Shown piece by piece: positions 60,087 to 64,000 of a stretch of DNA of 64,000 nucleotides; within the stretch, counting starts at the first letter, position 1; the number at the start of each line of letters is the position of its first letter. The stretch is from positions 2,933,858-2,997,857 of the forward strand of contig NC_088312.1 of NCBI RefSeq assembly GCF_910592395.1. Reading direction: 5' to 3'. A program made the position numbers and the translations under genes. The notes below the pieces were generated by a model, which did not search any database, was not told the origin of the DNA, and saw nothing but the letters and a program-made list of their open reading frames with translations. Source of the stretch: Lineus longissimus (Eukaryota).

Positions 60087-61941
60087 GTGAGTAGTTTGGC
60101 TGTGTTTCGTATGGTGAAGCACATTTTTCGGTTATTTGTCAATATCTATTGCTTCGTAGTTTGCTTGCAGATGCATATATCACCCGCTTTTCTTGTACCT
60201 GCACCTTTGAATGTGATGTCCAGTTTTACTGCAATCGTAGTAACAAACCACCAGAAGAAATGGCCTCTTATTCATATCGCAACTCAACTTATGATATTTT
60301 TCTTTGCTACCACCCTACATCATCATACATGTAGATCATTGTTGTGCTTTGAAAACTGAATGTGCCTGAAATATTATATGGCTGCTTGACCGTCTTGGCT
60401 TCAGAATTATTTTCATTTTTCAAAATGTAGATTTGTAATGAACAGATCCATTTTGTATGCAAGTTGACAACATCTATAAAAAACAACCCCTTATCTGTAT
60501 ATTGTGCTCCTGTGCTAGCTTTTCTTTGCTCCTTGCTTCCAGAAACTTTATGAAGTAATTAAAACAACCTTGGTATGTATGCGTATTTGTCGCCCCTTGA
60601 CTCGACATGGTTTCTTTGTGTGCATCATTGATTTGTTATGAGATTGGTAACCAGCACTAGCAAATATCAGGACACGTGGGTGTCATCAGGCTCTGTTCTG
60701 GTGGCTCACAACCTGGCAGCCGGCCATGGAATCATGGGAGAAGGGACTCGATTGTGGTGAACATGATCAGACATCTCAGCTGTCGACACTCAATTTCTCT
60801 CATTCAATGATCTTACTGATAAATCATGTTTGGTTGTTTTTTAAGTTTCTTGCACCTATGGTGAAACTGTCTGTCTGCAGCCTTGCTAAAACAGCGTGTA
60901 TACATGGCAATGCCAATACAAAGCACAAACAAGTGTTCAAGAATATTTTTTGAAATGGAGTACAGGTCAATGTTGAGTGAATAACTCTGTAGCCCTTGTG
61001 GACAGATTTTTCAAAGTCAGCAATTAGTGAGCAGGCAAATGAAGAACTTTTTCTTGTGATCTTATGTTAAAAAAATATGAGATCCTTGATGTTGTGTTGT
61101 CAGACAGACAGTTCATGCTTCTGTATCATTCTCAGGCAAGGCTAACAACTCGCAGTACGTCAATGTCATAATATGTATTCATTTGTCTCGGTATAGACAC
61201 AAATGGGCCTAGTCTTAAGTGGATGCGAAACAAATACATGTTGCAGATGTTTCAACCTTGTCTTAGTCTTGGTTGTGACAACGAAATATGATGATTATGA
61301 GAAGATAATGGAAGTCATTTCTAAAAAAGTGACTCAATCAGGTGATTTGTTGTCAGGCCTGGCATTGTTTTTCCTCCCTCTTCATAACATTCCTTGCTTG
61401 TCAGAACATAGCTGTTGAGACTCAGAGCCACATTTTTCATTGCTACTTTTATGCCTCTTGTTCATAATAATATTCTTGCTCACAGAATTTCAAGTTGTTT
61501 TGGTTGCACATTAACTTCATAGTCATATCAGATTGTCTAGTTTTTGTAGAAAGACTGTCGCAGCATTTGCACTGTTGGCAAACTTTTCATGTGTGAATTA
61601 ATTTTTTTAGTTCAATGTAACTTGAATAGTCTGGTGACAATCTTCTGAAAACTGCCTCAGTGTCAGTGTAATACATTCTGCTATAGTTCTAACCATGCTT
61701 TCACATGTATCTTGACACTGTCTGCTATCACTACAAATGGATAGTTGACAAATTAGTTCTATTTCAAGTAGATGCCCCTGTAGATGTAAAATATTTCTTC
61801 AGTCATGTCGAGATAGTTGAGTGTATTACAAAGACAAATGGGCCTTGTTAAAGCTTGAATTGAGTGTTTAAAATCGCTTTGATTTAAGTGTATGTGTTCA
61901 TGGCAAGTCTTTGTTTTACAGTGGTCATAAATATATTTTCA

Positions 61942-62049
61942 GGAAATCTTGGAAAGGACAAAATATCCTCTTGAGGTCACAACAGGACAAAGAAAGTATG
62001 GTGGTCCCCCACCAGATTATGATGGCCCAGAACCGGGACCAGGACAAGA
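61942..62049 (+). CDS. SYNCRIP: hnRNP R/Q exon
   Basis: EILERTKYPLEVTTGQRKYGGPPPDYDGPEPGPGQE; vertebrate ALLERTGYTLDVTTGQRKYGGPPPDS. Confidence 0.85.
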
Positions 62050-62196
62050 GGTGAGGTTCAGACCAGTCCTTTGAAAGAATAACCTGGGCAATGAAAACTT
62101 CACTTCGGTTCAATTCACTTGTAATTGTGGCATTTAGTAATTGGTAATTGATGATCATTTTGAACCACTGATTTTATTTCTTCTCTCTCCTTGCAG

Positions 62197-62373
62197 GTTT
62201 TCTGTGGGAAGTTACCTAAGGATGTGTATGAAGATGAACTGATTCCTCTGTTCGAAAAGTGTGGTAAAATTTGGGATCTGCGTATTATGATGAACCCCCT
62301 TGAGGGCCAAAACAAAGGTTATTGCTTCGTCACGTTCTGCGATAGAAAAGGGGCAGAAAATGCTGTCGCACAG
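62197..62373 (+). CDS. SYNCRIP: hnRNP R/Q exon (RRM1)
   Basis: VFCGKLPKDVYEDELIPLFEKCGKIWDLRIMMNPLEGQNKGYCFVTFCDRKGAENAVAQ (ORF 62191..62421); vertebrate [48 protein letters not shown]. Confidence 0.9.
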
Positions 62374-62510
62374 GTGAGTTCTTCAATTAAAAACTTTGGT
62401 TCTACTGTATCTGTTAAGTAGGCTCTGTTGTCAATCTGAGCCAGTATGCAATTCATCTTGTCAATGACGATTTCAAAGTTTGAATGGCAATCTTCCTTTT
62501 ATCTTTATAG

Positions 62511-62646
62511 CTGAATGACTATGAAATCCGCAAGGAGAAGAAACTCAAGTGCAATGTCTCGATCGCCAATACCCGGCTCTTTGTTGGTAACATTCCCAAG
62601 GACCACAGTGAAGAACGGATTATGGAAGACTTCGGAAAGTTCTGTG
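62511..62646 (+). CDS. SYNCRIP: hnRNP R/Q exon (RRM1-RRM2)
   Basis: LNDYEIRKEKKLKCNVSIANTRLFVGNIPKDHSEERIMEDFGKFC. Confidence 0.85.
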
Positions 62647-62880
62647 GTAAGCTGATTTTTGTAGCTGTTGATTGCTGGAATGAATTGGAACGGAGAAGGA
62701 GAACATCTTGGCAACTGGCAATGGAAATAATAAAGTTTTCCTCTGTTGTCTCAGTTTGACCTGAGTCCGAGGCAAGTCTTAGTTTCAGTTCATGAATGTT
62801 TTGTCCTTGTGTCTTCTCCAAAAATATTGTGTAGTGATTGTAGTTTGCATAGATTTCAGCTTTGGTTTTGTTGATTTCAG

Positions 62881-63110
62881 ATGGGATCAAGGATGTCATT
62901 GTCTACAAGTCAGCTGACAACAAGGAATGGAAGAACCGTGGATTTGCTTTCCTTGACTTTGACAGCCATAAAAATGCCTCTGCAGCCAGACGAAAGATAC
63001 TGAAAATCCTGGCCAACCCAGCTAATCCCAGTAAAAAGAAGATCCCATGGAATGCAATTGTCGATTGGGCAGATCCACAGGAGGAGCCTGATGATGAGAT
63101 AATGTCAAAG
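62881..63110 (+). CDS. SYNCRIP: hnRNP R/Q exon (RRM2)
   Basis: DGIKDVIVYKSADNKEWKNRGFAFLDFDSHKNASAARRKILKILANPANPSKKKIPWNAIVDWADPQEEPDDEIMSK (ORF 62862..63122); vertebrate ...DKKKNRGFCFLEYEDHKTAAQARRRL...VEWADPIEDPDPEVMAK. Confidence 0.9.
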
Positions 63111-63323
63111 GTATGCGAGTAGCGTAGAGCAAATAAAGTGTTCCCGTGCTGTCAGCATGTGAAAGCTTCATGAACTGATCAAAGGCAATGCCTAGGGTTA
63201 GACCAATTGAGCCAATTCTATTCTGGAGCCCACCATAAATATCACTTGAGAGTCCCTAGAATGTGTCTGTTTTGAAATTAGGTTGGTGTTCAGTCATTGA
63301 GATGTTTTTGTGATGTTTTTCAG

Positions 63324-63500
63324 GTGAAGGTCTTGTTTGTCAGTAATCTCACAAGTGATGTCACAGAGGAGGTGCTGAAAGAGAAATTCTCAAAATATGG
63401 TGAACTAGAGCGGGTCAAAAAATTGTCAGGTTATGCATTCATCCACTTCGAGAAACGGGAAGATGCAGAAAACGCATTGAAGAACGTCTTAATTGACACG
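63324..63500 (+). CDS. SYNCRIP: hnRNP R/Q exon (RRM3)
   Basis: VKVLFVSNLTSDVTEEVLKEKFSKYGELERVKKLSGYAFIHFEKREDAENALKNVLIDT (ORF 63297..63590); vertebrate VKVLFVRNLANTVTEEILEKAFSQFGKLERVKKLKDYAFIHFDERDGAV. Confidence 0.9.
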
Positions 63501-63749
63501 GTGAGTAAGCAGATAGACATGTTTTTTGTTAAAGGCTGTGTTGCCTATAGAATTAGGAGAATGTTCTGCTGTGCTGAGAATATTCTGTAGGCACTGTTGT
63601 GAACAAAACACAGTTCTGCTAAGATGTAGGTTGAAATGTGTGACATATTTTCCCTTTTGGTAGGGGCCATGGATATTAGTCCCGGCCCAGGGTTGTTCCA
63701 ATCTTGGTTTCTTAGGTTCCTTGCTTAATATTTCATTTTCATTCTCCAG

Positions 63750-63877
63750 GAAATTGGTAAAAATCAAGCCCAAGTATCACTTGCCAAGCCTCAGTCTGAG
63801 AATGCACAAAAGAAAAAGGAAATGAGAAAGAAAATCCGGCAAAGGCCTCCAATGTTTATGGGAGGTCCACCATTCAT
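63750..63877 (+). CDS. SYNCRIP: hnRNP R/Q exon (post-RRM3 basic region); gene continues beyond the window
   Basis: EIGKNQAQVSLAKPQSENAQKKKEMRKKIRQRPPMFMGGPPF, donor at|gtaagt; vertebrate ...FAKPPDQKRKERKAQRQA. Confidence 0.8.
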
Positions 63878-64000
63878 GTAAGTAGATGGTTGCAGTTGAC
63901 GATGCATATTCCTTTTCATCATTACCTGTCCGCTAATTGAGAGATTCTGTTATGTCGTTCTGAGGTGAACATGGGAAGTCTCATGCCAAGAAGGTGGAAG

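Noticed and set aside
63968-64000. Possible next hnRNP R/Q exon at the window edge (acceptor ...ttctgag|gtgaacatggga)
   Set aside because: Joining the phase-2 end of the previous exon creates an immediate in-frame stop, and the window ends before an alternative can be tested.

Overview
This is eukaryotic (metazoan) nuclear DNA, about 40% GC, with GT-AG introns throughout. Similarity to vertebrate orthologues and the repeat content suggest an invertebrate animal, but the taxon cannot be fixed from sequence alone. I hand-translated across splice junctions, checked reading-frame phase at every junction, and anchored coordinates to the supplied ORF track where possible; individual splice coordinates may still be off by ±1-2 bp. 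Order of features: (1) a DENND5-type gene on the + strand (uDENN/DENN/dDENN, RUN, PLAT and RUN domains), 5'-truncated by the window, CDS ending at 18126; (2) an intergenic tRNA-like Pol III-type element at about 20.95 kb on the - strand; (3) a PARP4 (vault PARP) orthologue on the + strand, ATG 22014 to stop 41425, at least 32 exons: BRCT, PARP regulatory and catalytic (H-Y-E intact), VIT, VWA, then a 3.5-kb exon encoding Pro-rich repeats, about 12 RNA-Pol-II-CTD-like heptads, about 13 copies of a 17-aa FG repeat and further nucleoporin-like FG repeats, then the conserved C-terminal major-vault-protein-binding domain; its introns contain a Tc1/mariner-type MITE (miniature inverted-repeat transposable element), a 5'-truncated L2/CR1-type LINE (long interspersed nuclear element), minisatellites and a small antisense gene for a secreted antistasin-like cysteine-rich peptide; (4) NSUN4 on the - strand (43831..46786); (5) a class-I alpha-1,2-mannosidase gene (MAN1A-like, GH47) on the + strand (46959..53443) whose ATG lies 172 bp from the NSUN4 ATG, head-to-head, and which contains a GC-AG intron; (6) a foldback DNA element (~56.7-57.2 kb); (7) an hnRNP R/Q (SYNCRIP-like) gene on the + strand from 59422 that runs off the window end. 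I see no prokaryotic-type systems such as CRISPR arrays or operons. The most notable finding is the PARP4 C-terminal architecture with its nested antisense antistasin-like gene.
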